NCBI GenBank assembly: GCA_000320545.1
Contig: ADNK01001136.1
Span: 1 to 47,272 of the forward strand
DNA from: Bigelowiella natans CCMP2755
Lineage: Eukaryota; Protista; Cercozoa
Reading direction: 5' to 3'
Length of the DNA stretch: 47,272 nt
Shown here: positions 12,666 to 25,696 of the stretch, one piece after another
Layout of the letters: each line of letters opens with the position of its first letter
How positions within the stretch are numbered: the first letter of the stretch is position 1
Notes under the pieces: model-generated
The model's input: only the letters and a program-made list of their open reading frames with translations
What the model was told of the DNA's origin: nothing
The model's database searches: none
Position numbers and translations under genes: made by a program

Positions 12666-14443
12666 ATGGCATCTAGACAATTATTTCTGGAGATTTATCA
12701 CCTACTCAGAGTGATAGCTTTCTTACTCAGCGTCGCCCTTCTCGGTGCAGATGCCTCTTGCCACTGCGCAGCGCCGCGTTTCCAGTGCCGTGGTAAGTTC
12801 GCGTCCTCCTCCTCCAACATCGGGATAACAGGATGGAAGAGGATCATTCGAAAGTACAAGAAGGATTACAGACAGGTAATCTCTTCGCCGATAATGTTGT
12901 ACAAACGGGAGCAGATCGTTCAGTCTTCCGGCAAAGATGCGGAAGGGGGGGGCAGCCCTTCGATAGATGGCGATGACGGCGATTTGTCTTCCGCTGACCG
13001 AACCCAGAGCTACAGACGCAAGTATAGTCTTATTTGTGCAACACTTAATTTCGGCAACCCAGCCGCTGCATTGAACGTGCCTCTTCTTGCCTCATGTGCC
13101 TAAGGCCGCAAGGGGTGTTGACCCGAAGCCAGAGGAGAGCTTTACGGGAACTTTGGCCTGATTATGGGTGATGGATATGCATACCGGATTCATCTCGAAC
13201 TAAGCGCTTCTGCCTGCTGATCAATTTGGTTTCGTATAATTCGTAGCATTGACGCCGGCTACAACGTAACGATGACAGCCCAAACCCTACAACTGGAATT
13301 CGGTGACGATGGAAGCGAGGCCGCAACTACGGGGGAAGCGAGATTAATTCTAGATGTAGGATTTGGCTCAGGAGAGGTAGATGATACGACAGGATTACTC
13401 CAATGCCACCTTAACAATCGTTCTCGTCTGCGTTCAGGAGACTGCTACTACAGCAGAGATGTTCCCCAGCTGCAGATTCCTCGGGGTATGCTACCATCTT
13501 TTCCCCGATTTCGTTGTCTATATAGTACACTCGTTCTTACTGCGCACTATTCTCCTCATCTCCCCTCCCCCCCCTCCTCTCTTCACTACCAGGTGGAAGT
13601 GCACAAGCCTGGGCTTGCATCATTGTTAAAGAGGATACGAAGAAAGAACTTGACGAATGTCAGGGTGGTGAGGTCGGATGTCATCACGCTTCTAGCAGAT
13701 AGAATGAAGGTAGCGATTCTGTTTTCATTGCCCTCTTTTCATTTCTACTTCTATAGCATTTGCAGCTGACAACTGAATAACGAAAAAAGGGGCGTGTTTT
13801 CGACGAGGTTTGGGTTCTGTTCCCAGATCCGTGGTCATCTTTCAATAAGCGCCGTTTGATCCGACCGTACTTCTTGACCCTCCTCTCACAGGTCGCCAAA
13901 CCTCCAAACAAACGTGATGGTGAGGGGGGGAGTTTAGGGCGAGGGCAGAGAGCGAAATTTCTTGTGTAAGAACTTCACGCATGTTTTCTCCTGAAACATG
14001 AATCAATAGCGACTGAATAGCGGAGGGGTATTGCGGGTGGCGTCCGACGTAAAGGAGTACATCGAGCACGTGGAAGCTGTTATGGACCCCCTCCTGCAAG
14101 GGCCTGCGGCTTCAAATGATGCCGATGGCGAGAAGGGGCTGTGGGTGGCAATGACAGACGAGTTTCGAGACGCAGATACTGCTCTGCCAACTTATCGAGG
14201 AGCTACACATTATGAGTGAGAATATACGATGATAAACCTCTGCTGATTCTCAATCATGAATTTCTAAGAGATCTCCTCGTTCGTGCTGCTTGCACTCGAA
14301 AACGCATATTCTCATCATCGGTACTTGTCATATCACTGAACCGCACTGTTATTACGTAATTGCGAAGACAACGGGCACTTATGCAAAACGGGTCGATTTG
14401 GGAAAGAGCGTACTGTTGGACATCAACTCAAGACGGACAATGA
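12666..14443 (+). CDS. trmB: tRNA (guanine-N7)-methyltransferase, bacterial TrmB type, with an N-terminal signal/transit-like leader
   Basis: Motifs LILDVGFGSGE (~13345), VEVHKPGLASLLKRIRRKNLTNVRVVRSD (~13590), DEVWVLFPDPWSSFNKRRLIRPYFL (~13800), GGVLRVASDVKEY (~14025). A last exon 14368-14443 gives THYE-QRALMQNGSIWERAY...stop. Leader MASRQLFLEIYHLLRVIAFLLSVALLGADASCHCAA. Confidence 0.9.
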
Positions 14444-14734
14444 TGTGGGCAATGGCAGCACTATTATTAAAGTGTGCTGACAGAATTGGAAAAGGCAAGG
14501 TTGTGCTTCGCTTACGCCTGATGATTGCTTGTCTTTTGGTATGCAGCAGTGTATTATTCCATGCACTTATTTCGCCAATCGTGGCCTGCAATCCCACGAA
14601 AATGGGCGCAAATCATTCATATTCGGATGTGGAAGAATCTGGCTTTGCGTACCTGGCTGATCTTGCACAATGTGACATATAGCAGTTTCAGCAGACCGAT
14701 TTGGCTAGTTGGCTGCATATGTAAGGCGCTTTTT

Positions 14735-14779
14735 ATTATGAGACTGATGTAATGATGAACTTAAATTTTATCAATGGTC
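14735..14779 (+). repeat. Dispersed ~45-bp element X, copy 1
   Basis: ATTATGAGACTGATGTAATGATGAACTTAAATTTTATCAATGGTC; matches the copies at 27346, 34450 (reverse) and 43713. Confidence 0.75.
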
Positions 14780-15264
14780 CTCCGCGTTTTAATAAATTAC
14801 ATTGCTGTCAATGTAACTATTCACGCGATCTATGGTCGCCTGCGTTTCACAATGCAATGCGCGAAATAATCCAATTCAAATTTAACTTCCTTAATTATGC
14901 GATAAGCGACATGCTATGAAACCGATTCAGAAGCTATAAGAATAAAACAGGTTGCGAGGCTAGGCACAACCCCATACCGCGTATTACGACAAAGCTCACA
15001 TTACAGACGTATTCAGATACAACGTGCAAAGCTCGTCAGCTGCGGTTGTTTCGCTCGATATGTACTTATTAAGTTTCTATATCTCTATAATACATATCTA
15101 GATACGTGCGTGTTGCGCTCACTGCGACCACGTAGTGTCTATAATATACGCCGAACGTCATCGATATGCGATGATACCAATGGTTGCATGTATGGCGGCC
15201 AGAGAGAACGGTGTACAAAAACTGGCTTTGCACGGTAGTTATCACTACACTCATTTCTCGAGCA

Positions 15265-15581
15265 TCATCCCCCACTCCCCTTATTGGAATCGTCATTATT
15301 TTGGTTGGGCTGGGGAGAGATGGGAGGGGGCATGGTCGACTTGAAAAGCTCTTCGAATCGCCTATTAAACACCCAACGCGCCACCCCCTCGTTGCGGAAA
15401 TCTAGCATTGCGTGTCGAGCAGTCACGCGAAACTTCTTGTCCGTGAGCGCCGTCGGAATAGGGAGCTGATACATGTTACCGTTTGGTAGCTCAAGGATCA
15501 AAGGCGACCTGTCGGTTGTATGGTTTTGTTTGTTAGAAGAAACTGCTCCCCCCCCTGCCCTCCTCTCCCCCGACATCATCC

Positions 15582-15625
<44 letters not shown>

Positions 15626-16650
15626 TTATATTTATATAGCTTACCCTGCTTGGTGGCTATCAGGGACTGTGATATCAAACTCTTGCTCGATTGGCAGGTG
15701 CGCCCCGATCTTCGATCCGGCATTCCACACCCACGCGACGCTGCCGTCAGGGTTGATGGTCCTGTCAGCGCCGCTGATGCTCTCCGGGAAGGGCGCGAGG
15801 GCGGGGAGGATGATGCGGAGAAGGTCGCCCGCCTTGCTGCCGACAGGGAAATCTGTCCGTAGCTCCCGTTTGGCCACTCGCACGATGAAGGAGGATGGGA
15901 TCGTGTCATTGCCGCCCCCCCCCCCCGCCTCCCTCGACGGGATTCTCACCTCGTAGCGCGTGGCGGGGAGGTAGATGACCCCGAGCTTGCGCGGGAAGGA
16001 GACGGCGCGGTGCGACGAGGACATGCCGCTTGACGACGGCGGCGCCGAGAACGAGGAAGCGCCTGCGCTTCGGTAGTTCGGCCGAGATGCGTCCGGGATG
16101 ATGGGGAAGGACGGGCGCGAGAAGCGCGAGCGCTCGCCGCACATGTTACACGCCTGCACGGAGATCTGGTAGGATTTCCAAGGGCTCAGGCCCTTGAGGG
16201 TCACGGGAGAGTACCGCCCCGTCGCCGCCCTCCTCCCCGGCAGCGCCACCACGGTGTAATTCACGGCGCCGCAGGTGGGGTCGTTCTCCTGCTCGAAGAA
16301 GACCTTGATGTGCTTGAGCCCTTTGAGGAGGAATTTGATCAGCGGCGTCCGCGGGCTGGCGAGGGGCACCACGCTGAAGGGGTAGGTGCTGAAGGCGCTC
16401 TCCCCTTTGGCGTTGACCGCTTGGATGTTGAGGTTGTAAGCTAGGCCGTTTTTCAAGCCGGAGATTACCGCCGGGCTCGTCTCGACGTTCTTCAGCTCCA
16501 CGGGCGGGTGCACCGAGGAGTAGGCTACCTTGGCAACCACGTTGTACCTGTGTTGTTGTTGTTGCTGTTTTTGTTGTTGTTGTTGGTGGTGGTGTTGGTG
16601 GTGGTGGTGGTGTGCGGATGGATTGGAGATGTGATTTATGTAAAACAAGT

Positions 16651-16687
<37 letters not shown>

Positions 16688-16723
16688 GAGAAAGAAAGAG
16701 AGAGAAAGAGAGAGATTTATTTC

Positions 16724-16777
<54 letters not shown>

Positions 16778-17319
16778 GCACACGCACATTCATCAACTAC
16801 AAGCGCAAAAAAGAATGCGAAACCAACTTCCCTCCCCCCCCCCCTTCCTATTCTCTCGCCAACTCCTACTTGCACTTGAGATTGCCCCCGAGCCGATTTG
16901 GCGTGAAGAACACGGAGACCTTGCCATTCGCAGGCTGCAGGTGCGTGATAGTGGGAGGATTCGGAACCGAGACGCGGTATATCCTCCTTATGCACATATT
17001 GAGCGTATCGGTGACATAGAGATCCCCATCCCTTCCAAAGCCGATGGAGCATGGGTTTCGGAACAACGCGAGTGTTGCGCTTCCGTCCCGATAACCCCCC
17101 CCGCCGCCCAGCCGCGGATACTCGTAGCTCGTCTTCGCTTGCCATATGTGCGATTTCTGCTGTTGGCGGCTCTCCCCCCCCTCCCTTATCTGCTTTGCGT
17201 GGAAGTAGCTTCCGCGTTGTTGCTGGTTGGTATTACTGCTAATACTGCCGCTGCCGCTGTTAGCAGCAATCCCGCCATCCCCCCCCCCCCCGCCTCGATT
17301 TCGTCCTTCATTCTCATCT

Positions 17320-17350
<31 letters not shown>

Positions 17351-17606
17351 CAGCGGCGCTATCGAGAAAGTAGCCCGCCACTGTCGTTACTTCGCCAGAG
17401 GAAGAAACCATGCGGATGGCGTGGTTGAACGTATCCGTGATGTACAGAGTGCCGTCGATATCGGCGGTGAGGCCGTGCGGCTGGTTGAATCTGGCAATGC
17501 TTCCGATCCCATCGGTGTGTCCTTCGTGTACGTGCAGCAAGTAGATTTTCACGAATAAACGGCATGATGTAATATCGTGGCGGAGGATTTAAAATCTCTA
17601 GTAATA

Positions 17607-17648
<42 letters not shown>

Positions 17649-18898
17649 CGCGCGCGTGTGCTGTGCGTGCCAATGCATTCACCCGAAAAGACACGTGCAG
17701 CCAGAGCATGCAGCTAACCTGCAGTGGAGCTTCCGGCCAAACACACCAGCTTCCCGGTCCTTGCATCCACGCGCCATATTTGATTCTCATAACTTCGATC
17801 TTCTCCTTCACCGAGCAATGCCTCCCCACTGCTGTTGGTGGGGCGCGTTTCCGAGGAAGGCTGATGAGCAGTAGCCAACAGTTGGCTGGAGGGCTGCTTT
17901 GTGCGGGACTCGTTGTCGTTGTCATCGTCGTTGTTGTTATTGTTATCGTTGCAGCGTCTTTCTCTTTGATTTTGCCGCTGCCCCCCCCCCCAGGAAGAGG
18001 CGGCGCAGACGAAGAAGATGTTCCCGAGGGCGTCCTGGGCAAGGCCTCGGACGTAAGGGACGCCAAGTAAGACAGTGTCTACAAATCCGGTCGGTCTTGG
18101 TGACGATGGTGATGCGGATGATGATGCTGAGGAGCTTCTGGCACCGATCTCTTCGGTTCCAGATCTTGCCTCCTTTGCCTCTGATATAAGCGGCATCATC
18201 GTCGACGTTGTCGTAGTCGTTGTCCTCGCCCGTTTTCGATTGCTCTCCTCCATCGCTGCCCCCCTCCCCGTCTCCCCCCCCCCCTCCTCCTCCTCCTCCT
18301 CCTCCTCCTCCCCCCCTTCCTTCCCCTTCTCTGTTTTTGCTGCTGCAGCGGCTGCTGGTGTTGTCGTCATCGTCGTTGCTGTGCCCAGATCGCTGCGAAG
18401 AAGCGGGATGTGAATACGGCGTATTGCATCGTTTCCGTTGTCGGCCACAAGGAACGAGGCCCACCATGTAGGCGCTGATGATGATGATGATGATGATGAT
18501 GAAGAAGAAGATGATGGTGATCCATTTGATTGCGTATCAGCGGATTTGCCGTGCAGTACTTGCATGCTCTTGGCGGCTACGTCATTATTTAAACGGTCCT
18601 CTCCACTATTACTGCAGGGTTGGTGTGTGCGGGGCTGGGTCAGGGAAGGCCTCGAGGTGACGATTCCTTGCGAGAGACTTGATGGTAATCGGAAGCGCTG
18701 ATTGGGGCGCAGACAATAAATGAATGATAGTTTTGATATGGTATGCATCTACCGATGTATGAGTGTGTAACGCGAGGAAAGGTGATGCGACGCCTGGCTT
18801 CTATTCTAGTGTATATTCGTGTCTGCTACGGTTCATTCGCCATGTGTGCGTGGAGGAGGTGAGGGTTGAAGACACACACACGCACACACACACACACA

Positions 18899-18983
<85 letters not shown>

Positions 18984-19223
18984 AAAATATTTGAGGTACT
19001 GCTGTCTACTACCGCGGAGGAGAGTGGTCCATCTTCGAGCCCCCCAATACGGTGGGCTGTGCTTAAGAATGGCTCGCTCGCATTGACTTGGAAAACGCCC
19101 GCAAATGGAACCACGACGCCTTGACGACAACGAATAATGAGGCGGAATTTAAGATCAAAACACGCGCGCACACACACACACACACACATACACACGCACA
19201 CACATACACAATTACGCATTTAA

Positions 19224-19266
<43 letters not shown>

Positions 19267-20130
19267 CGACGTCGCTGCCCGATCAGATTCCTCTCCTCCT
19301 CCTTCTCCTCCCTTAGTAACAATAATACTGCTAGTATACTGCTACTCTACTACTGCTGCTACTACTATTACTACTACAAACTGCTACTTGCTGCACCGTT
19401 GGGCATAATCCTCCTTATCACATGGTTCATCGTATCCGAAAAGAACACGCCTTCGTTCCCTCCCAGCTGCTGGCCAAGCTGATCCATTTCGCCTTTGTGA
19501 TGATCCTCGACGGCTCCTCTGCCATCTTCCACAGCCATTTCACCTTCTTCCCCATCCATTTCATATGTTGGCCTCCCGTGCGGTGGCCTTGGAATATTTT
19601 CCGCCGCTGTAGAACCCCATCCCCCCCCCCCACCCAATGGCAGCACCGTGACACCGTATGGGTAGAACATTCGCGCGAGAAGGCCTTCGCCGTCGCAGTG
19701 GCCTGATGTTGTTTTTATTTGACTGATGCTATCATCATTGCTACTTTCACTAGTATGATTATTGCTACCATCATATTTATCATCATCATCATCATCATCA
19801 TTATAATTTCTATTATTATTATTCTTCGACAGCATCGTTAATATCATTCAGCGACACCGTGCTTTGCTCCCCCTCCCCCCCAAGATTTACAGTAGGTGTG
19901 TGTGATGATGAGTAGTATTATTAGAATGAGCAAAAATATTAACCCCCGTCTTTCCCTCCCCTGCCCCCCCTTTCTCTTTTCTTCACTTTCACCTGCAATA
20001 TGCAAATCAGTGGTGCGAGTCGGCCCTGCTACAGTGGCCACTCTTCTGGTATTACTGGTTGCGCTGCTGCTGCCTCCTTTGGAACATTGGATCCTACGGA
20101 TACGATGATGTCCTAGATGGGGGGGGGGGG

Positions 20131-20175
<45 letters not shown>

Positions 20176-21090
20176 TAACTTGGGTGCGAACGAAAGCTAT
20201 ATTTTCAAGTCAACAACCACGTGGGTTTCATTCAAGGCGTGTGCCGTCTGCGAGCTGATGAAGCAACCTACACAGAGGCACTGCTCTTCGCTCGAAACGC
20301 TACAACTAGCCCCAAACGTGCTTACCAGTATCGGCGACATAAACAGCCTCGTTGCTGGGATCTACCGCGACTCCGTGCGGGTGATGAAAGGTCACCTTCC
20401 TGCTCACTCGCTGGGAAGACAGATCGCCGTTATGATACCCTCTTTCACCGTCAGCAAAAACGCTGTCATCACCACCGTCATCATCGTCAATATCGGTATC
20501 GTCATCGACCACTTCCTCCCCCCCCTCGCCGTCCGCCGCAGCTGCTGCCAGGTTCTCTCTTCTTCCGCTGTGGCGCATCGCATAGTCTCCGGCAAATGCG
20601 ACCGACACTTCTTCCCCCCCTCCCCCAACGTCTCGCTTGTCGCCATAGCCTGCAATCCCTCGCCCTTCCCTGGCCACTGAGCTGTTGCGTCTGTATGTGC
20701 TGAAGGGCCCCGCATGAGTCGAGACCTGCAAGCAATCACCGAAGAGCTTTGGGAACGGTTTTGTCCGGTCTGCTGGATGGCGAGGGGGGGGGGTGAAGGA
20801 AGGGTGATAGGCGTTTTCGTGAAGATTGTTAATCTCAGTAATTCCTTGTGGGGCTGAAGCGATGTGCTGTTGCCATCCGCCCCTCTGCGAGCTCAGCACC
20901 TGAGAATTGAGGGGGATCTTGATTAGATACCTTTCCTTCGCGCACAACCACCCCCTCCTCCTCCCAGCCGGTTGGCAGTGAGAACAAAATCAAATTTGAG
21001 CATTACCAGGGTTACGCACGCGATAAGGGCTGTCGCCAAATTGGCGAGCCGCCCCCGCCGTCTTTGGTGGCTATGCGGAAGCAGACGCAT
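15265..21090 (-). CDS. NHL-repeat (beta-propeller) + fibronectin type III protein with an N-terminal hydrophobic anchor
   Basis: NHL blades: FHHPHGVAVDPSNEAVYVADTG, MFYPYGVTV...VFFSDTMNHVIRRI, FNQPHGLTADIDGTLYITDTFNHAIR, FRNPCSIGFGRDGDLYVTDTLNMCIRRI. FN3 motifs: VISGLKNGLAYNLNIQAVNAKGES and VTLKGLSPWKSYQISVQACNMCGE (exon 16547-15645). The last exon ends at stop 15265. Probable start MRLLPHSHQRRRGRLANLATALIACVTLVML at 21090. Confidence 0.85.
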
Positions 21091-21949
21091 GCCGGCGGGG
21101 GGCGCTGGCGTGCATCCAGGGCTGACGATTGGCTCTCTGAAGTTGGGACATAATTCGTACTGAAAACATCTAAAGGGGTGCATGCATTCTCTTCATTTGA
21201 ATAGGAACTATTCCATAGTTGAAATATCTGAATTAGATTCATACTTTCTGTACGGGGAATCGACTGATAATAATTATGCTAGAAGGGATAGATCTGAATA
21301 TTCTTGGGAATAATTTCCCAGACATTTTTAGCCCAGAAATGAAAGTTCCATCTCTAATTTTTGCCCAAGTGCGTTTTCCGTGTAAAATAATATGGCTTTT
21401 AATAAAGACAAACGGCAAAAGAATTACGATGTCGCATGTATAATATTGATGCTAAGATTACTTTTTTGAAATTGAAAAAAAATAAGCAGTACTGAAAATT
21501 ACTTTGAAAAATCGACTACCCTCTCCTCCGGCTTGTATGCCTTTCTCACCCCTCCACAGCTCCGGGCTAGGAGTCGTCAGGGCTCAACAGTAAGAACCAA
21601 CTTTACGGTAATGCTTGCACCTGTCATACAGCTATCATTCTCGCGAGCACATGTGATTTCAAAGACCGTTCTCGAATTGAGCTTACTCACGTGCATGGTG
21701 CGATGTTGAAGTGATGAAGTCATCTGCATGCTATCGACGCTTATCCTACCACATTCTCCCATGGAGATCAAAATACAGCCTGTCTTCGAAGACATGTCCT
21801 TCTCCCCCTCCCCCCCTTCGACAGCAAGCACGGGGGTTCGATCCCAGCCGTTGGGGCACGTCGGTTGATGCGGCTATGTGTTATTTCTCAGACTGCTGTT
21901 GTGTACATCCTATTAGGGTGTCATCCTTCGCGACCAAACGCAGCAAATC

Positions 21950-22361
21950 ATGTCACGCGATATCATCTCGAAACGACGCTACCTGATGCCTCTTTCAGCC
22001 ATAGCTGCCTGTTTTATTCTCCTGGCTCTGCCACTCACAACAAAGGTATGAGACCCCCCCCTCCCCCCCCTTGGCTCGCTCGCAGGCTATCATCTTGAAA
22101 TTTATTATCCTCTCCGCCAGGGGCGATATAGCAGCGGTATTGGCACGGGGATAACGGGTACGTCAGCTCGCAGCTGCTCCAGTCGCCACCAGGGAACATG
22201 CTTGCGCAATGATTGGTTGTTTGGGGATAGATACTGCTCTCCGACAGGTCAATCATCCACTCAAAACCACCCCCTACCACCACCACCACACTGCAACAAC
22301 GACGAACAGTAATAACGTCGCTGAATGGACACAAGTGACGCACTGCGTTGTTGGTTATTTG

Positions 22362-22396
<35 letters not shown>

Positions 22397-23984
22397 GCTG
22401 TTTCCCGTCCCCTGCGTCCCCCCTCCCCCCCCCTCCTCAGATGTTTACTACGGACTTCGCGACAGGCAGAAGACAAGAATCACGAGGATAAGACGGGGCG
22501 GGGGGGCTCGCATCCGCGCAGCTAGCGTGCACGTGCCGCCCCTATATCCGCCCCCAACTAACCGAAAGAGCCTCCGTGTTGCGGGAGGGGGGAGAGAAGG
22601 TAACCTCCCTGCCATAGCAGCTCAAACAGCAGAAGACAGTGCCTCCAATGCACGGGAAGATAACACGGCGGCGTCTTTCCCTTCCGCTCCCTCCCCCGCG
22701 GCCTCATTTGCCAACAAAATTGGTGACAGCTATGGTGCTATGGAGGGGTTGGCACGGTGGGTACTTGACCGAGGAGGGACTCTCTCTGGGGTGAAGGTTG
22801 TTGGAAGAGATAATGATAATGACGATGATGATGATAATAATAATGATAATGATGATGGTGCGACTACATTCTCATCATCCCCTCTCTAGCACTCCTTTCC
22901 TCTCCATCCCCCCTTTTCATCACTTCCCCTGTGTTTTCTTTCCCCTTTGGATTGGGTTTGTAGTTCTTCCTAACGAGATGATTCTTCTGCATTTCGAACG
23001 CTGGTAGGTTGGCCTCACCGAGCTTGGTAGGGGCATCGTCGCGACGAGAGACCTCAAAAGTGGCCATACGGTATGCGAGTGTGAGGAGGAGGAGGAGGAT
23101 GAGGAGGAGGAGGAGGAGGAGAAGCGACGTTTCATGAGTGAATGGAAGAGCACGTGGCGACGATGGATGCATGATAGCTTTTGCAGCTGTGCGCGAGCGG
23201 CAGAATCATAAATTCATTCGTTTTACAGGTGATCTCCACTCCGCTGAGCCTCTGCCCCTCCCCCCTCGCCTTTGAGGAGAAGCACCATCTCAAAGGAATC
23301 GAGCAGCTTGTTGAGGAGCATGGCTATGGTAGACACACGAGAGTGGGCAGGGGAAGGATGAGGATGAGGATTGATGGGAAATGACTTAATGGAGAACCTT
23401 CTCGTCGAGCACTGACTTCCCTCCGCTTTGATCTTGCTTGTCAAAGCCTTACTATTGTTAGCCATAATTATTCTCCCCCCCCCCCCCACCCCGACCCTCT
23501 CTCTCCCTCTCTCTCCTCTTTCCTGCTCGTGTCCACGAAGGAGAGGATTACGTCATGGCTGTTCTTCTTGAGTACGAGACTCATGCAGAGAAAATGCAGC
23601 AGGTTACTGTGCATGTTTTGGTGCAATGCTTCTTTTTCGTCTAAACAACACAAACTACACCACTCGCGCACACGCACAGGGAGGAAGAGGAAAGGGGTAA
23701 AAGCACGGCTCTCTTATGTAGTTTTCGTCGGTTGATTTCTTCCATATTATTGCGTACAGGACCTGCTTTATGGGCCTTACGCGTCCATATTGCCCACCCC
23801 GCCTCTCCCAAGCTGTTTCGAGGAAAATGACGGAGGGAAGGGGGAGGGTGTTCCCGACGAGATTGGGAAGTTTATCGACCGAGAGCTTGCACAGACGTAC
23901 GTCAGACGCCAAGAAACTGACAAAAAATAACCAAATTTTGAGCTTGAATTCGGCGACATGAGAGAAGCAGCGCTCCGAGAGAAG

Positions 23985-24032
<48 letters not shown>

Positions 24033-24845
24033 AATATGTATATATATCAAAACGAATTGAGAGCCCTGGCCATAGAATGCGTGCACGTTCCTTAACGAGG
24101 GATTGCAGACGCGTAAATTGCATGTATCATCATCGCATAGTAGTCTGATTTTGGACCCCCCCCCCCCCTCCCTCTTCCTTCCACCCAACAGATATAGCGG
24201 CGAGCAAGTATTGAAGTTGAGGAGGGCGACTCAGAAAGCCTATGTAATACATATGCTGTAGCGAGTGCTGCTTTGTGAATATGGCCATGGTGGCGGCGGT
24301 GAAAGTGCGTGGTGATCATGATATCTATGCCCGTGTAGTGTATTATATAAGGATTTCCGCACATGTACACGCACACAGCGCGCGCGCGCGCACACACACA
24401 CACATGCGGTCTTGAAAACGCATTTCCCTGCACATCCAGCTTATCCATTTTCTCCTTCTTCTCCCTCAGGAACAGCTCTTCGTCCAGGGGTTATTCCAAA
24501 CCCACCCTCATCTCTTTTCCTCCGAGACTACGACGCTCGCTTCCTGGAGGTGTGTGTGGGGGGGTGGGGGGGCGGGGGGGTTGGGTCATTTCGCAGAGTA
24601 TTTGGCCAATTCTATTTCGATTACAACATAAATGTATTTAACTTATTCGTATATATATCTTACCTCAAGCGCCCCCCCTCCGTCCCCCCCCCCCCACTTC
24701 CTATCATTACTTCCAACAGCAAGTCGCTTGCCAAGGTGTGGAGCCGATCGTATAACCTCTACAGGTATGTAGCTATGCGGATGGTGGAAAACAGTACCTG
24801 CCGTTTGTGTTGTTGATGAGCAATACATCATCGAAAGGGCTTCTT

Positions 24846-24881
<36 letters not shown>

Positions 24882-25412
24882 CAGCAGCAGCAGCGGTAAG
24901 GCTCGTCTTAATTTCTTGTTTTGTGCCCCCCCCCCCCCTTCCCTCTCTTGCGCCGAGTAGAGACAGAAGCCAGAGAGGGGATAGGCTGATGTGGGCGATG
25001 GTGCCCCTCGCCGATCTCGTAAATCACGCGTTGGATGCGGAAAATAACTACATCCAAGACTTCGACGCGGACCCCCCCTCCTTCAAACTGCGGCTGGCGA
25101 AGGATGTCAAGGAGGGGGAGGAGCTGCTCATCACGTGCGTTTGTGTTTTTTTATTTTTTGGCACGTTTTCAATGCTTAGGACGGAGGATATTCACCGAGT
25201 TTCATGGTCCCTCATTCTTTTTTTATAGTGAGGGAAAGGCGGGAGGGGGGGAGAAAGAGAGAGACAGGGAGAGAGGGAAGGAGGGAAGGAGAGAAGGAGA
25301 GCAGTGGATATGTTTGAATACGTGTTTCTGTATTGTTGTGCTAATCGATGCAGATACGGAGCTCATACGTCTCTTCAGTATTTTCTTTTCTACGGTCATA
25401 AGTAAATGAAGA

Positions 25413-25449
<37 letters not shown>

Positions 25450-25663
25450 TGAATATATGTGGTGTTTGTTACATTTGCACGTATTTCTTTCTCAGTCTAT
25501 TATTATAGTTGTCCTTTCGCGTAAGATGGAAAATTGTATCTCGTCGAATCTAAGAGATCATGAATGCTGCCAATGCCATAGCCAAACAAAATAGTATTTA
25601 CCATCACTATACATTGCTGCTTTTAAAGCCCCGCCCCAAGGATGAGGCTTCAACCTTTATATC

Positions 25664-25696
<33 letters not shown>

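Noticed and set aside
14735-14779. C/D snoRNA reading of element X (ATGATGA in copy 1)
   Set aside because: The box C-like sequence is not conserved in the other three copies, and there is no consistent terminal CTGA box D.
16815-17558. 247-aa plus-strand ORF and similar ORFs at 15473-15956 and 20117-20703
   Set aside because: They are antisense shadows of GC-rich NHL/FN3 exons, with no recognisable motifs.
21835-21845. tRNA T-loop/B-box-like GGTTCGATCCC
   Set aside because: No A-box, acceptor stem or cloverleaf can be built from the flanks, which are a C-rich tract.
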